64,000 nucleotides of DNA from Selaginella moellendorffii (GCF_000143415.4 NW_003314319.1:1182361-1246360), one strand, 5' to 3'. Counted from the first letter of the stretch, positions 26,540 to 41,700 are shown. Notes: generated by a model from the sequence alone, not told the origin. Program-made: numbers and translations.

Positions 26540-29500
26540 TCTCGGCCTCGGCCTCGGTCTTGGTCTCGGTTCCGATCTCGGTCTCGGTCTCGGTCCCAGT
26601 CTCGGTCCCGGTCTCGGTCTCAACTTCGGACTCCATCTCGGGTCCATCTCGGACTCCATCTCGGACTCCATTTCGGGTCCATCTCGGACTCCATCTCGGG
26701 TCCATCTCGGACTCCATCTCGGACTCCATCTCGGACTCCATCTCGGGTCCATCTCGGACTCCATCTCGGGTCCATCTCGGGTCCATCTTGGACTCCATCT
26801 CGGGTCCATTTCGGGTCCATCTCGGACTCCATCTCGGGTCTGTCTCGGACTCAATCTCGGATCCATCTCGGGTCCACCTCGGACTCCACCTCGGGGTCCT
26901 TCTCGGACTCCACTTCGGACTCCACTTCGGACTCCAACTCGGGTCCATCTCGGACACTTCCACGTGTCATGTGTTAGTCCTTTTTGGGTCCCTTTTTGGA
27001 GCCTCGCCTATGGCTCGCTTCGTGCTCATTCCTCAAGCACTTCATTAGGAGTTCCACTCCCGCTCTTGACTTTTCAAGTCGGAGCTTTTGGTCCAAACGT
27101 GTTACGCTCGTTTGACTCTCGCTTTGGCCACTAGCACGTGGCGCTCTTTCGGCTCCACTTTGGGGCCTATGGATTTTGTGTCTCACAACTCCACCACCCA
27201 TAGACGAAGTTCGATGTCCTCATCGAACGGTAAACCCTTTCATAAAGTAACACTCGCATGTGTTACCATTTCCATCCTTAGCACCTAGCCAATATTTGTC
27301 TATGGTTTGACACCAAAGGCTCACCATGCCTTGTCCATCCTCTAAGGAGCATAGCCTCTCCAACTTAAAGGTTCACTTGACCACTTGCGGTGGTTCTCTC
27401 CTCTTATTGATTTAGTTCTCACTAAACCTGTTAGAGACACCTTCTCTAACTCGATCCCACTACCCGTTCTCGAGTGGTCTCACTTTCCAGCGCTATAACC
27501 CTTGCACTTTGGAACTTTTAATTCTGACTTCTCGAAGTCAATTTCTTAGGTGTCTCCAACACCTTGCATTGCACATATTGTGCAACTCCACTTCCTCATC
27601 CTAGGAAGTTCTCCACTTGAGGGCACCATCATCCTCTGTTCGATTTCATGCCACCTTTGGGCACCGAGTTCCAGTTATCATATTTTGTGCTAGGGCTGTC
27701 CACGGCCCTATATTTTGGCTACTTTGCCGCTCCCTCACTTGGAGCTTTTACTTCGCCAAATTGGAGCAACTTAGGAATCCATCCTTGGAAGTCCACTTCC
27801 TTTCCCGCAACCCGTTAGCATCAAACACATTAGTGTTCCTTGGCTAACTTTGCCATTTGGGATCCCTTCTATTAAATTCCATAGCCCAAACTTGGCCACT
27901 AGTCCTTTGCTTCTATCCTTGATTGTTGCACCCAGCAACATAGGATCGCTACCTTCATTTTTTAGGTATCCGTTTGGTTCCATAGCAAAGACTCTTCTTT
28001 GCCAAGTCCGAAGGATGTTCACCCCTAGTATGTCTCTTTAGCATCTTCTGCTATGGGCTTTATCCACGGCCCAACTTCGTGACCCTCCCATGGGTCTCTT
28101 ATAGAGACTACTTTCCTTGGACTCACTATGCCATCACACGGACATAGTTTATTTCCTTTAGGTGCTCTTCCCACTTGGTCATCTTAACCAAGCCACACCA
28201 CCTTAAACAGTTCAATTTCAACATTTTGAACCAGGAACTTCATTCCTTAGCCAACCAAGGACCTTGTCCTTATTTGGCCATAAGATCACCTAATGATCTC
28301 ACCTTGGCACCTTAACAGAGTTGAGAAGAGGTACTTGGTTTCCTAGACCTTCAAGTTGTTAACTATAACCCCAGGGGCATCCCCCACACTTGGCGGTGCA
28401 CCCAAGCCAGCCCTTACGGCCAAGGGTTCATAGCAATTGAGATTAGGTGTCCCCATCTCACTCACCACGTCCTTGGTGCCACTTGCACCAAAGCGTTCAA
28501 GTTAGATATGCCGAGCTTTCACACTAAGCAATCTAACCGTGCATCACGACTCCGAGGCATCCCTCGCTTGGCGGTGTGCCCAAACCAGTCTCCCCACTGA
28601 GAGTCCATGACCACCGAAATATGAGTGTCCTCATATTCCAAACCATCACCACGCCCTAGTGAGTTGGGACTCGAACCCAAGTACTAGAGGGTCGGGACTC
28701 GAACCCAACCTCCGTATATGCATCTACGGACGGCATCACACAAGATGCCTGGCGTGACTCCCCACGCTGGTGCACCAACTCATATTTAAAGCGCGCTACA
28801 GATCACAGCTTAGGAACCTAGTTCCTCCGCACTGCCAAGTCCTCTCAATTGACAAGCTTGTGATCATGCATGGACTCCTCCATGCTCGACCCCATGGGCC
28901 ACCCTTTTGAAGTTGGCTCCTTCAACTAGGGTATTCATTCCCTCTGACTTGCCAATCTCACTTAGCAAGTCATCCGGCCACCGTAACATGGTTCATGCAT
29001 AAGCGTGAAAGTCCTTAACCATCGACTTTCGTTCAAAGCCCTCTCTTTGAACACTTGGGAACTACTTCCCTAACCTTGATAGCCTTGCCTCATGGCAAGC
29101 TTCAAGACCACGCTTCTGCTGCGCCACTCTAATTTCGCGCGTTCCATGAACCATTTACACTTGGCCTTTCTAGGTACTAAGCTACCTAGAATCGTCTTTA
29201 GGAACCTTGAAGGAACTCTGTCCCTTAGCTTGCTAAGGCCTCCCTTTTCGCAAGCTTTATAGTCGCCATATAGTCTAACATGGACAATTCCATATTTTAG
29301 ACTCTCCATGGCATCACGGTTGCTAGCAGCAACATCCTCGAGCACCCTCTTGATCCTCCACTCCCAACTTGCATAACTACCGTTAGATATGCCCTTCGAT
29401 TTCTATGGTTCAGTTCCATCCCAATACTACTTGCTTTTTGGCCCCCTATGATTCTTTTGATTATTCTCCTCTAGGCTAGGAGGATAGCTTTGCACATTTT

Positions 29501-32328
29501 ACTATGCCTTAGCAAGTATTCTTAGGGATGAACCTACCCGATAGCCTAGGGAGTGGTTCCTCAATCTGGGGCATGCTCACCTTATAATCCCACACATCGG
29601 GATTAACATTGCTGCTTATGGGCCTTTACATGCCCATCACTAGCCTTGCCAAAATTCAAGTTTTGGCTCTGTCCAATTCGGGTAGACAGTCTTCCCCTGT
29701 CTCCACAACCTTGGACATTTGGATAGCACCTACTATCCATCATTTGCTAGGGACTTAGTCCCTTGGGCTTTATCTATTGCCCTTGCGACACGAAACACCA
29801 CCTCCTGGTGTTCTAGAGTGTTTGGGTGTCCCAATGATGGCCTCCTGACCATGAGCATTCCCGTTTACGACATTGACTTCCAGCATTTTAGACTTTGCTA
29901 ATCCAACGACCTGCAAGGTCTTAACCTTCGAGGTGCCAACTCGCTAGAATACAACTTCTTGTATTCAGGTCCTGCTTACAAGGACCATCTTTGCAAGTGT
30001 TACTTCGACACTTGATTTGTTCTCTTGGGGCAATCTTTTGCCCCTTAGGACCACTTGTCCATGTGATGAGACTACCAACTCATCCTCTGAGTACACCCCC
30101 AACTCCTTGGGTTGTTCCAACATTTACTAGAGGTAGCCCTGGCTACCACTTCAAGGACTCATGTCCTCGCCCATGCTTGACCTCTCACGGTCATCCATTC
30201 CGGTCTCACCTTCATGAGCACCAGCCTCGACTATGTGAGGATAATCTTGTGACTCCTTTATTATTTTGGAGTCTCTATCTTCCCCGTGATCCCGACTATA
30301 GTTGTTTACCACAACTACCTTAGCCAATTGGATGAGCCAAATGCTCATCCGGATCACATCCTCAACTCAATGAGAAAAGCCTTGCACTGTTCCCAAGATC
30401 CCAAAGTCGTTCCATTATTGGCCCTTTTCTATCCACCACCTCATCTACAAGTTCACACATGAACTGTAATGGAGAGCCATGTCTTCCCGACTTGCTACTC
30501 CTCAAGGATAGGCCCACTCCTCGGACCTTCCGATGCCAACACTAGTGGTGATATACTTGAGCACCAATAAAAGTCAGACTAAGGAACAGCTCCGATACCA
30601 AGTTGTAAGCGACTAATTTTTCCATTTTACTTTAGTCACTTAACCGCACCTCCGACCCCTTGGAGGAGTCTCATTCACAACCTCCATAAGTCCCAGTTAG
30701 GACTTGGGGTATGCTAGCCCCAAGAATGGCATCTCTGCCACTCAACCTTTGCACTTGGTCCAAGTGCTCCACGTGTCTGATCCCATGACCGACACCCCAA
30801 GGTACCACCGACATATCGGCCCATTACGCTAAGGCCATGTCCATTCACCTTGGTCACATTGGTGGTCCAACACCACCTGCATTCCAAACCCGTCTCTCAA
30901 AGACTGGGTCATCCGTCCATGAGGGATCATCCTAGATCCACTCCTTAACGTCCTTAGGATGCCTACAGACATGGGGAATAGCCTTCCCCAATATCTCTGT
31001 TCCGGTCCCCACCAAGTCCCTTTTTGTCCTTGGTTGTGTTCGCCAATACTGCCACTGGATCAAGGCCCACCGGCCCGACCACTAAGTCCCACTATCCTCT
31101 AGGACTTCCTCACTGTGTGACTATGTCCTTGGTCACCCCACCAGAGGGCTACCCCTCTTCCTTTCCACAGTCTGGGACTTTGGGACACCATTTTGGAACA
31201 CCGTGGCCCTACGCGGGCCTCATGGGTACTCTCCTCGCCTTCCGCCTTTAGGTGCTCTAGCCATGGGCTTAGAGCGAGGTTCCATTGAGCCACGACAGGT
31301 ATCCAAGTAGGTAGTGCCACCCACACTTGGACTGGGAGCATCGGCCAGTCGATCTCCCGGGGGAACTAGAGCCGGCTCTTGAACACTTCACCAAGCTACC
31401 CCGCTTGTCGGCTTGTGTTCACTCTAGTCTTGGACTTCCCAGTGGGCAGCTCATCACCCAACACTGGGTCCGGCCTTCCTGGGCTAAACTGGCCTTTCCT
31501 GGCCAAACTGGCTCCACTGCAGTCCTCCCCCTTACTATACTTTTGGAGCTCACCAAACCCCCCAGGGTCTAGGAGACGAACGCTTTGGGCTTTCACCCTC
31601 TCAGACTCGAACTCGGACTCGGACTCGGACTCGGACTCGGACTCGGACTCGGACTCGGACTCGGGCTCGGGCTCGGTCTCGGCCTCGGTCTTGGTCTCGG
31701 TTCCGATCTCGGTCTCGGTCTCGGTCCCGGTCTTGGTCCCGGTCTCGGTATCAACTTCGGAATCCATCTCGGGTCCATCTCGGACTCCAACTCGGGTCCA
31801 TCTCGGACTCCATCTCAGGTCCATCTTGGGTCCATCTCGGACTCCATCTCGGGTCAATCTCGGGTCCATCTCGGACTCCATCTCGAACTCCATCTCGGGT
31901 CCATCTCGGGTCCATCTTGGACTCCATCTTGGGTCCATTTCGGGTCCATCTCGGACTCCATCTCGGGTCCGTCTCGGACTCAATCTCGGATCCATCTCGG
32001 GTCCACCTTGGACTCCACCTCGGACTCCATCTCGGGGTCCTTCTCGGACTCCACTTCAGACTCCACTTCGGACTCCAACTCGAGTCCATCTCGGACACTT
32101 CCACGTGTCATGTGTTAATCCTTTTTGGGTCCCTTTTTGGAGCCTCGCCTATGGCTCGCTTCGTGCTCATTCCTCAAGCACTTCATTAGGAGTTCCACTC
32201 CCGCTCTTGATTTTTCAAGTCAGAGCTTTTGGTCCAAACGTGTTACGCTCATTTGACTCTCGCTTTGGCCACTAGCACGTGGCGCCCTTTCGGCTCCAGT
32301 TTGGGGCCTAGGGATTTTGTGTCTCACA
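25437..32328 (-). mobile_element. Family-A LTR element, copy F, inserted in E gag
   Basis: Perfect TSD AAGGG (25432-25436, 32329-32333). LTRs at 25437-27187 and 30604-32328. PBS 30589-30600. PPT 27188-27204. Internal deletion of ~0.65 kb at ~29880. Confidence 0.95.
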
Positions 32329-32333
32329 AAGGG

Positions 32334-34973
32334 CAAGGACGTGGTCGTGGCCATGACGTTTGCTGTTGGGCATGTGATGAAGTTGGGCATACCTATTGCC
32401 ATTGTTGGCATTTTTCGGATTGGCAACCTTCATTTCCTGGGTGGAGACCTTGGCATCAACATCCTCCTGTTGGTGTTGTTGTAGTGGAAGGTCTAGACAC
32501 TGCAATACATCTGGGAAACGAAAAGTTGTGCGAGTAATGGAGGGACCTTGTGCGAATATTTTAGTGACCCCTTCATCTTTCTTTCGGGAGTATCATTAAG
32601 AGGTTCACTCAGCATCGGTTCATCCAGTGTTTATTTTCCAAACTCGTTTTTATAATAAAAGGTCTCCTTTAATTCTCTCTATATTGGTTGATACAGATTC
32701 GAGTTTATCTTCTATTGCTCAACCTATTGCCACAAGTTGGCGTTTACACTTGCGTCGTGCGGCATAACCAGTTTTCATTCTTTATGGCAACGGCCGTACA
32801 TATGCATGTGCACGGGATGAGGCGGACCTGGTTGTGCGTGTTTGTGAGCTTGAGTTGCAATCCTTGTAGGTGGTGCTGAGTCAAGCTTTTGACCTCATCC
32901 TTGGTATGAATTGGTTGCAGCGCAATCATGCCAAATGTGACTTTGAGGCTTCTCCCCCTTGTTTCATACTTCCTTATGTTTCATCCATTCCTCTCACTTT
33001 TGTACCTCTTCGTCCCTTTATTTCTCCTTCTGCTTCCATTACTTTTGTTTCCCCATTATTTCCTCCTATATTTCCATCTTGTTCTTCTCTTCCCTTTTCC
33101 AGTCCCTTCAACAATCTTTGTGTTGCAGAGGTTGACCAGCTCATAAAGGAGTATTTTAATCTCTTTGACTTTGACACATCGTCTAGGGCCAAGATTGCCA
33201 CATGTCATCCGATTCCAAATGGGGATGCTCGTTTAATCAAGGTTCCTATTCGTTGTCGGTCACCAAAGAGATCAAGATTTTACGCGCAAATGTTAAGGAA
33301 ATGTTAGAGAAGTGTGTTATTCGGAAGTCGCAATGTCTTTGGGTATGTGAACCTTATCTTGTGACAAAGCCTGATGGGAGTATTCGTTTATGCATCGACT
33401 ATCATTCGTTAAACAAAGTAACGATCCCAGATGTGTACCCTTTTCTTCACACTACTGATCTCTTGGATTGTCTAAAGCGAAGTCATTAGTTCACCAAGCT
33501 AGATCTTGCTTTTGGGTATTGGCAAGTACCAATGGCCGAAGAAGATATTCCTTAGACTGCTTTTTGTATACCATTTGGATTGTATGAGTTCTTGGTGATG
33601 CCATTTGGTTTGAACAATGCTCCAACAACTTTCCAACCGATGATGGACGAGGTCCTTTGCGATATGCTGGAGGTGACTGCTAACTTCATTGATGATGTCT
33701 TGATCCACTCGGAGGGGACATGGGAGGAGCATGTTCGTGATGTTCGTAAAGTGTTGGATTGGCTACGGGACGTTGGTTTAAAGCTGAAGTGGTCAAAGTG
33801 CGTGTTTGGTTCCAAGGACACAACTTATCTTGGGTACTATATTTCTTATGAGGGTTTGCAAATTGATCTTAACAAACTTGTGGCTATTCTAAAGTTCCCT
33901 ACTCTAAAGTGTGTAAATGATGTGTAGTGCTTCTTGGGCAAGGTGCAGTATCTCAGTCGCTTTGTGGATCATCTTTTTGATCGCACTGCACCATTGCAAG
34001 CGTTGTTGGAGTCATCAACATCATCTTTCATCTGGATTGTCAGCAGGCATTCATGGATCTCAAAGAGCTATTGACGACTCCTCCAGTTTTGGCATATCCT
34101 GACTATACTCGACCTTTTATTTTGCACGTGGATGCTTTTGACATTGGTGTTAGAGGAGTGTTGATGCAAGAAAGCTTGAGTGTGCCTTGTCAGTGCCATC
34201 CCATTGTGTATATAAGCCATACATTATAACCAGCGGAGATGAACTACTCCACGATAGAGAAGGAGTGTTTAGCAACACTCTGGGGTTTTGAGAAACTTCA
34301 GGCATATCTACATGGTTCTCGGACGTTACTTGAAGGTGACCATACTGCCGTCACTTCATTAGTGAAACGGAAGAACTTCGTTAGTTGTACTGCTAGGTGG
34401 GTATATGGGACATCATCGTGTAACTGAGAAGCTGCGCAGGTTTTCTATTGGCCGAAGATGCGGCGTGATATTATCTAGTATGTGCATAGTTGCATTTGGT
34501 GCCAAACTCGTAATATTCCCCCTCGTGTCGTGGAAAGACGGTTGGAGTCAATTACAATTTCCCATCCATTTGAGTTGGTGGAATTTGATCTTATGGGACC
34601 TTTTCCACGGTCGGTTGCTCGCAATGAGTATGTTATTATTGTTTTTGACTACTCGACTCGTTGGGTGGAAGTTGGTGCTCTTGCTAGCACCTTTGCAACT
34701 GTTGTTGGATACTTCCTCCTCAATCAAGTGGTGTTCCAACATTCTTGTCTAAAGCAGATTCTTTCGGATAATGGTTGCACATTTATAGCTGAGGCATTTC
34801 ATGTTCTGACATCTCAGTTGGGGATATGTCACACTTTCACGAGTGCTTATCATCCATAATCAGACGGTTTAGAGGAACGGCTTGTTCGGACATTCAAAAG
34901 GATGATTGCAAAGTATATAAACTTTTAGCATTTGGATTGGGATGGTTATTTGCCATCTCTTCGGTATACATAT
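32334..34973 (+). pseudogene. pol: E: gag knuckle, protease, RT, RNase H and integrase (decayed)
   Basis: CWACDEVGHTYCHC; KPDGSIRLCIDY; MPFGLNNAP; FIDD; NYSTIEKECLA; DLMGPFP...SDNG...SAYHP. Many stops and frameshifts. Confidence 0.9.
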
Positions 34974-35896
34974 TGTGAGACACAAAATCCCTAGGCCCCA
35001 AAGTGGAGCTGGAAGGGTGCCATGTGGTAGTGGCCGAAGCGAGAGCCAAACGAGCGTAACACGTTTGGACCAAAAGCTCCGACTTGAAAAGTCAAGAGCG
35101 GGAGTGGAACTTCCAACGAAGTGCTCGAGGAATGAGCACGAAGCGAGCAAAAAGCGAGGCTCCAAAAAGGGACCCATAAAGGACCAACACATGACACGTG
35201 GAATTGTCCGAGATGGACTCGAGTTGGAGGCCGAGATGGAGTCCGAGATGGAGTCCGAGATGGAGTCCAAGATGGAGTCCGAGAAGGAGTCCGAGGTGGA
35301 CCCGAGATGGACCCAAAATGGAGTCCGAGATGGACCCGAGATGGAGTCCGAGATGGAGTCCGAGACCGGGACCGAGACCGGGACCGAGATCGAGATCAGG
35401 ACCGAGGCCGAGACCGAGACCGAGGCCGAGTCTGAGTCCGAGTCTGAGTCCGAGTCCGAGTCCAAGTTCAAGTCTAAGAGGGTGAAAGCCCAAAGTGTTC
35501 GTCTCCCAGACCCTAGGGGATTTGGTGAGCTCCAAAAGTATAATAACGGGGAGGACTGCAGTGGAGCCAGTTGGGCTAGGAAAGGCCAATTTGTAACAAC
35601 GTAACACGTTTGGACCAAAAGCTCCGACTTGAAAAGTCAAGAGCGGGAGTGGAACTCCCAACGAAGTGCTCAAGGAATGAGCACGAAGCGAGCCATAGGC
35701 GAGGCTCCAAAAAGGGATCCAAAAAGGACCAACACATGACACGTGGAGGAGTCCGAGATGGACCCGAGATGGAGTCCGAGATGGACCCGAGATGGAGTCC
35801 GAGATGGACCCGAGATGGAGTCCGAGATAGAGTCCGAGATGGAGTCCGAGATGGACCCAAGATGGAGTCCGAAGTCCAGACCGAGACCGAGACCGG

Positions 35897-35940
<44 letters not shown>

Positions 35941-38900
35941 TCGGGACTGAGACCGAGTCCGAGTCCGAGTCCGAGTCCGAGTCCGAGTTCGAGTCTGAGA
36001 GGGTGAAAGCCCAAAGCGTTCGTCTCCCAGACCCTGGGGGGTTTGGTGAGCTTCAAAAGCATAGTAAGGGGGAGGACTGCAGTGGAGCTAGTTTGGCCAG
36101 GAAAGGCCAGTTTAGCCCAGGAAGGCCGGACCCAGTGTTGGGTGATGAGCTGCCCACTGGGAAGTCCAAGACTAGAGTGAACACAAGCCGACAAGCAGGG
36201 TAGCTTGGTGAAGTGTTCAAGAGCCGGCTCTAGTTCCCCCGGGAGATCGACTGGCCGATGCTCCCAGTCCAAGTGTGGGTGGCACTACCTACTTGGATAC
36301 CTGTCGTGGCTCAATGGAACCTCGCTCTAAGCCCATGGCTAGAGCACCTAAAGGCGGAAGGCGAGGAGAGTACCCATGAGGCCCGCGTAGGGCCACGGTG
36401 TTCCAAAATGGTGTCCCAAAGTCCCAGACTGTGGAAAGGAAGAGGGGTAGCCCTCTGGTGGGGTGACCAAGGACATAGTCACACAGTGAGGAAGTCCTAG
36501 AGGATAGTGGGACTTAGTGGTCGGGCCGGTGGGCCTTGATCCAGTGGCAGTATTGGCGAACACAACCAAGGACAAAAAGGGACTTGGTGGGGACCGGAAC
36601 AGAGATATTGGGGAAGGCTATTCCCCATGTCTGTAGGCATCCTAAGGACGTTAAGGAGTGGATCTAGGATGATCCCTCATGGACGGATGACCCAGTCTTT
36701 GAGAGACGGGATGGGAATGCAGGTGGTGTTGGACCATTGGTGTGACCAAGGTGAATAGGTATGGCCTTAGCGTAACGGGCCGATATGTCGGTGGTACCTT
36801 GGGGTGTCAATCATGGGATCGGACACGTGGAGCATTTAGACCAAGTGCAAAGGTTGAGTGGCATGGATACCATTCTCGGGGCTAGCAAGCCCCAAGTCCT
36901 AATTGGGACTTATGGATGTTGTGAATGAGACTCCTCCAAGTGGTCGGAGGTGTGGTTAAGTGACTAAAGTAAAATGGAAAAATTAGTCGCTTACAACTTG
37001 GTATCGGAGCTGTTCCTTAGTCCGACTTTTATTGGTGCTCAAGTATATCACCACTAGTGTTGGCATTGGAAGGTCCGAGGAGTGGGCCTATCCTTGAGGA
37101 GTAGCAAGTCGGGAAGACATGGCTCTCCATTACAGTTCATGTGTGAACATATAGACGAGATGGTGGATAGAAAAGGGCCAATAATGGAACGACTTTGGGA
37201 TCTTGGGAACAGTGCAAGGTTTTCCTCATTGAGTTGAGGATGTGATCTGGATGAGCATTTGGCTCAGCCAATTGGCTAAGGTAGTTGTGGTAAACAACTA
37301 TAGTTGGGATCACGGGGAAGATAGAGACTCCAAAACAATAAAGGAGTCACAAGATTATCCTCACATAGTTGAGGCTAGTGCTCATGAAAGTGAGATCAGA
37401 ATGGATGACCGTGAGAGGTCAAGCATGGGCGAGGACACGAGTCCTTGAAGTGGTAGCCAAGGCTACCTCTAGTAAATGCTGGAACAACCCAAGGAGTTGG
37501 GGGGTGTATTTAGAGATGAGTTGGTATTCTCATCACATGGACAAGTAGTCCTAAGGGGCAAAGATTGGCCCCAGAAAACAAAATCAAGTGTCAGAGTAAC
37601 ACTTGTGCGAATAGTCCTTGTGAGTAGGACGTGAATGCAAGAAGTGTATTCCAGTGAGCTAGTGCCTCACAAGTAGGACCTTACGGGTCTGTGAATTAAC
37701 CAAGTCCAAAACTGCTGGATGACTCAAGTAGAGTCAAGGGATGGTCCTAAAAAAACTGATGGAAGCATTTGGACTGAGGTGTGTTGTACTCCACAAAGGA
37801 TGGGGGGGGATCATAGGATCCAATGATGAGAACAGAGGGTATCTCATCGATGGCAAAATGTGCCATGCTAAAGTTATGGGAAAGGTGTTCCCAGAAGAAA
37901 ACAACTTTGACACAAAGTTGTGTGTGACCTCTATGGTGCAATGCTAACGAATGGTTGGCATGAGAAAGAGTGGTGTTGGTCTTGGCAAAGACTTAGACAC
38001 AAAGGGGAAGTGTCATAGAGGTAGGCTCGTGGAGCCGATGGTGTGGAGACACCAAATGTGCCAAGGTGTGATACCTTGAGGCTATGTTGGTGGGTTCATG
38101 AGAACCCCTTGCCAAAGGAATCCCAATGGAAATAGGAATGGCATAGCCTAAGCTGTAGAGCATGTAGTTGGAGTGTGGTGACCCAGATAATGATGGAGGT
38201 GTGAAAGCACCAAACAATGAATTGTAGGACTTGACAACTATGAGGCAACTAAGCAAGAGGTGCAAGATAATTGGTTAAATGGGTAGAAGGTAGCTACCCA
38301 AGACTTTTTAATGGCATAAGGAAGTTAGATATACCCTTACGGGGGATAAATTGCTTATGTTGCGATATAGTAAGTCAATGTCATAAATGGGAATGCTCAT
38401 TGTCAGGAGGCCATCATTGGGACACCCAAACACTCTAGAACACCAGGAGGTGGTGTTTCGTGTCGCAAGGGCAATAGATAAAGCCCAAGGGACTAAGTCC
38501 CTAGTGAATGATGGATAATAGATGCTATCCAAATGTCCAAGGTTGTGGAGACAGAAGAAGACTGTCTACCCGAATTGGACAAAGCCAAAAAAGGAATTTT
38601 GGCAAGGCTAGTGATGGGTATGTAAATGCCCATAAGCAACAATGTAATCCCAGTGTGTAGGATTATAAGGTGAGCATACCCGGATTGAGGAACCACTCCT
38701 TGGGCTATTGGGTAGGTTCATCCCTAAGAATACTTGCTAAGGCATGATAGAAAGTGCAAAGCTATCCTCCTAGTCTGGAGGAGAATGACCAAAGGAAAGG
38801 TGTGAAGCCAAAAGCAAGAAGTAAGGGGATGGAACCGAACCATAGGAATCGAAGGGCATAACCAAGGTTGGTTATGCCAGCTGGGAGTGGAGAATCAAGT

Positions 38901-40777
38901 GGGGGCTCGAGGGTGTTGCCGCTAGCAACCGTGATGCCATGGAGAGTCTAAAATATGGAATTGTCCATGTTAGACTATATGGTAATTGGAAAGTTTGCAA
39001 AAAGGGGGGCCTTAGCAAACTAAGGGACAGAGTTCCTTCAAGGTTCCCAAAGAGGATTCTAGGTAGCTTAGTACCTAGAGAGGCCAAGCGTAAATGGTTC
39101 AAGGAACGCGCGAAATTAGAGTGGCGCAGTAGAAGCGTGGTCTTGAAGCTTGCCATGAGGCGAAGCTATCAAGGTTGGGGAAGTAGTTCCATGCTCTATT
39201 TCGTTAAAGTGGGATTTATTCAGTAAAATGGGACTAGGTACAAATTTTCAAGTATTTGAAAATGACGTGAAATTATATGTTTCTTGTGCAGGGGCTAGAC
39301 ATATCTGGGGCATGGTGACTAGCGCGGTGACTTTATGTCCAGACTAAGTCCATCTGGTTGTATAATAAATCTCATTGTCAAGGTGAACAAGCCGAATCTG
39401 AAGCTAAAGAAGAGCAATGGCATGCGCGCACACACTATTTGTTTGTTCATTGAGCATGTGGTGAGCTTTCCAAGATGAACGTCATTCCTATTAGCCAAAC
39501 ATATAACTTAATGGTGAGAACATTTAGATATTATTCAATGTTATCTTTTTCTAACGAATCTAATTGTGAAGGTATAGCAAGAGGCATTGCTAGTCTGGAG
39601 AAGTCATTTAACTCATTTGACCCTTAGTGTATTTTCATGAAACTAAATAACATTCATATTATTAAGGAATTTCTCTAGTACCTTTTTTTTACGACATAGA
39701 GGCTTGCATTTCTTTCAAAGGTGATTTAGTAAAAGGCCTGAGGGCACATGCCATTCTATTTCTCAGATCGGTATTAAGATATACTAGTGCAAAGGGAAAA
39801 AGGTATTTGGTGATCAAGTAAATGGCATGAGGGCACACGCCATTATAAGCCTAAGCGCTAGTGGACACCTCCTTTTTGGTACTCTCAGCGGTACTATCAT
39901 CCTTCTCCGGGTCAGTTGTTTTGCTTTGGATTGTTGTCTCTGACGTTACTAGGGCGTTCTCGATAGTTGTTAATGTTGCCGTTTGTTTAGAAAAATGATC
40001 ACCTGGAGTATATTACGGGGAGTTTGGAAGACTTATATATTCTACATCTTCACCTATCTCCTTCTCCGTCTCCTTTTCTGCCTCACTTACAGATTTTGTG
40101 CTTGCCATGAGAACGCTCTTCACCCTAAAATATGGAGTTCGTTGTGTTATAAAAGGAAACCAACACACACGCTGCAAGGGAATGATGGTACATAAAGCAC
40201 GTAAGCCCACAATATGGGTTTATGTGCCATTAATATGGGCCACACGCCATATTATGAGATTTATGCACGTGTGATTGGTAAATGCATATGTCACATCATC
40301 TTTGTTTTACCTCACACACTATATCAGGCCTAATGAACCATATCATATGTGCGCACATGCTATATATATGGAGAAGTATTATGCAAGGATAGAAATTCAA
40401 TGCATGATTGTGGAGAGCAATGGCATGAAGCCACATGCTAAATAACATTTTAGAGAAAGAATTAAAATAAAAACATGCAAACAGTACTAAGTGGACCAAG
40501 ACTTAGAAGTGCACAATTGAATGAGGTATTTCTAATAAATACTTCACTCACCTCATATAGGAATGGCTACCACTCTCAAATGGCGTATTGCCTCATGCCA
40601 TCACCTCGCAATTTATTATAACAATCCGATGAATTCATATTCGGCTTGTTCACCTTGAACTTTAAGTAAGATTTGCTAGAACAACTAAGAATTTATACTT
40701 GTTATTTGTACCATCTCACCTAGGAATGGCGTAAGGCCACATGCCATCACGCCTCCTCTGATTCAGATTCGGATTGT

Positions 40778-41700
40778 TCACCTTGAAATAAAATACATTA
40801 GAAAGTTAGAAAAGGAATATTCATGAATCTCACCTTGAACCCGGGTTATGAATGCTCTTGCTGCATCTCTTGCATGGTCTGGCAAGGTGATGGTGGCACT
40901 CTGCTTCCGCATCCAACCATGCACAACATTATCCACCGATATGCTCATGCTGGGATCCCTTGGATTCAGCACCCATCTCTTTTCTAGGCAATCCTTCGTA
41001 TATCCGGAACTTGGCTTGAACCACTCCACAGTTACATTGAAGGAGTTAGTTTCCGCGTCCTCCTCTGCATCAATGATGCAGCGCCCCACCCATATCATTT
41101 GTTTTTTATTACTGGGTCTGACAAACACGACCATTCCTTTGCAGACCTGTACTGGATTGAATGCTGAATCCGGTTTCTTGTTCCTCGGCCCACAATAGTG
41201 ATCCTCAACATCATTATCTGTCACTGCATTTCCAGAGGACATTGTTCCGCTACTATCTGGTGCTCTGGGTTCTGGCCAAAAGGACTCTTCCAATTCTTCA
41301 TATACAACCGGCCCATTTTGGATAGCAGATATAATCTTCTCCCAGTATTTGAGCAAAGGCTTGCACCTCTGAAAATAGGATTCTCCACCAAACACCAACC
41401 CCCTCTTCCAGAAGGCAATATGCTGTCTAATCCCGGCCACTATACTTTCCTGGTCTTTGAGTCCATCCGGGTGCATCGGCCGTGGGGAACCCTGAGGAAT
41501 CATAGGTTCCCTAGTTATGGGATCTCTCTTGAAGAGTTCAATGCCGTCCACTGGCAGCCACACTGTGTCCCATTCTCTCATCTTGTACCTCATCACTGGA
41601 GCACCGTCACACATGCTGAAATGAAACTGAAGAGGCTTGGAGTGGCCAATCAGCGTTTCGGATCCGTCCCTGATGTAGCCTCTTATACCATACAAAAATA
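40778..41700 (-). CDS. Transposase-like C-terminal fragment/exon with a possible Tudor/SH3-like barrel
   Basis: Open ~300 codons. LIGHSKPLQFHF...VMRYK...WLP recalls the post-catalytic part of Sola/DUF7869-type transposases (from memory). GMVVFVRP..IWVGR..VTVEWF is beta-rich. No catalytic core is seen. Confidence 0.5.
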
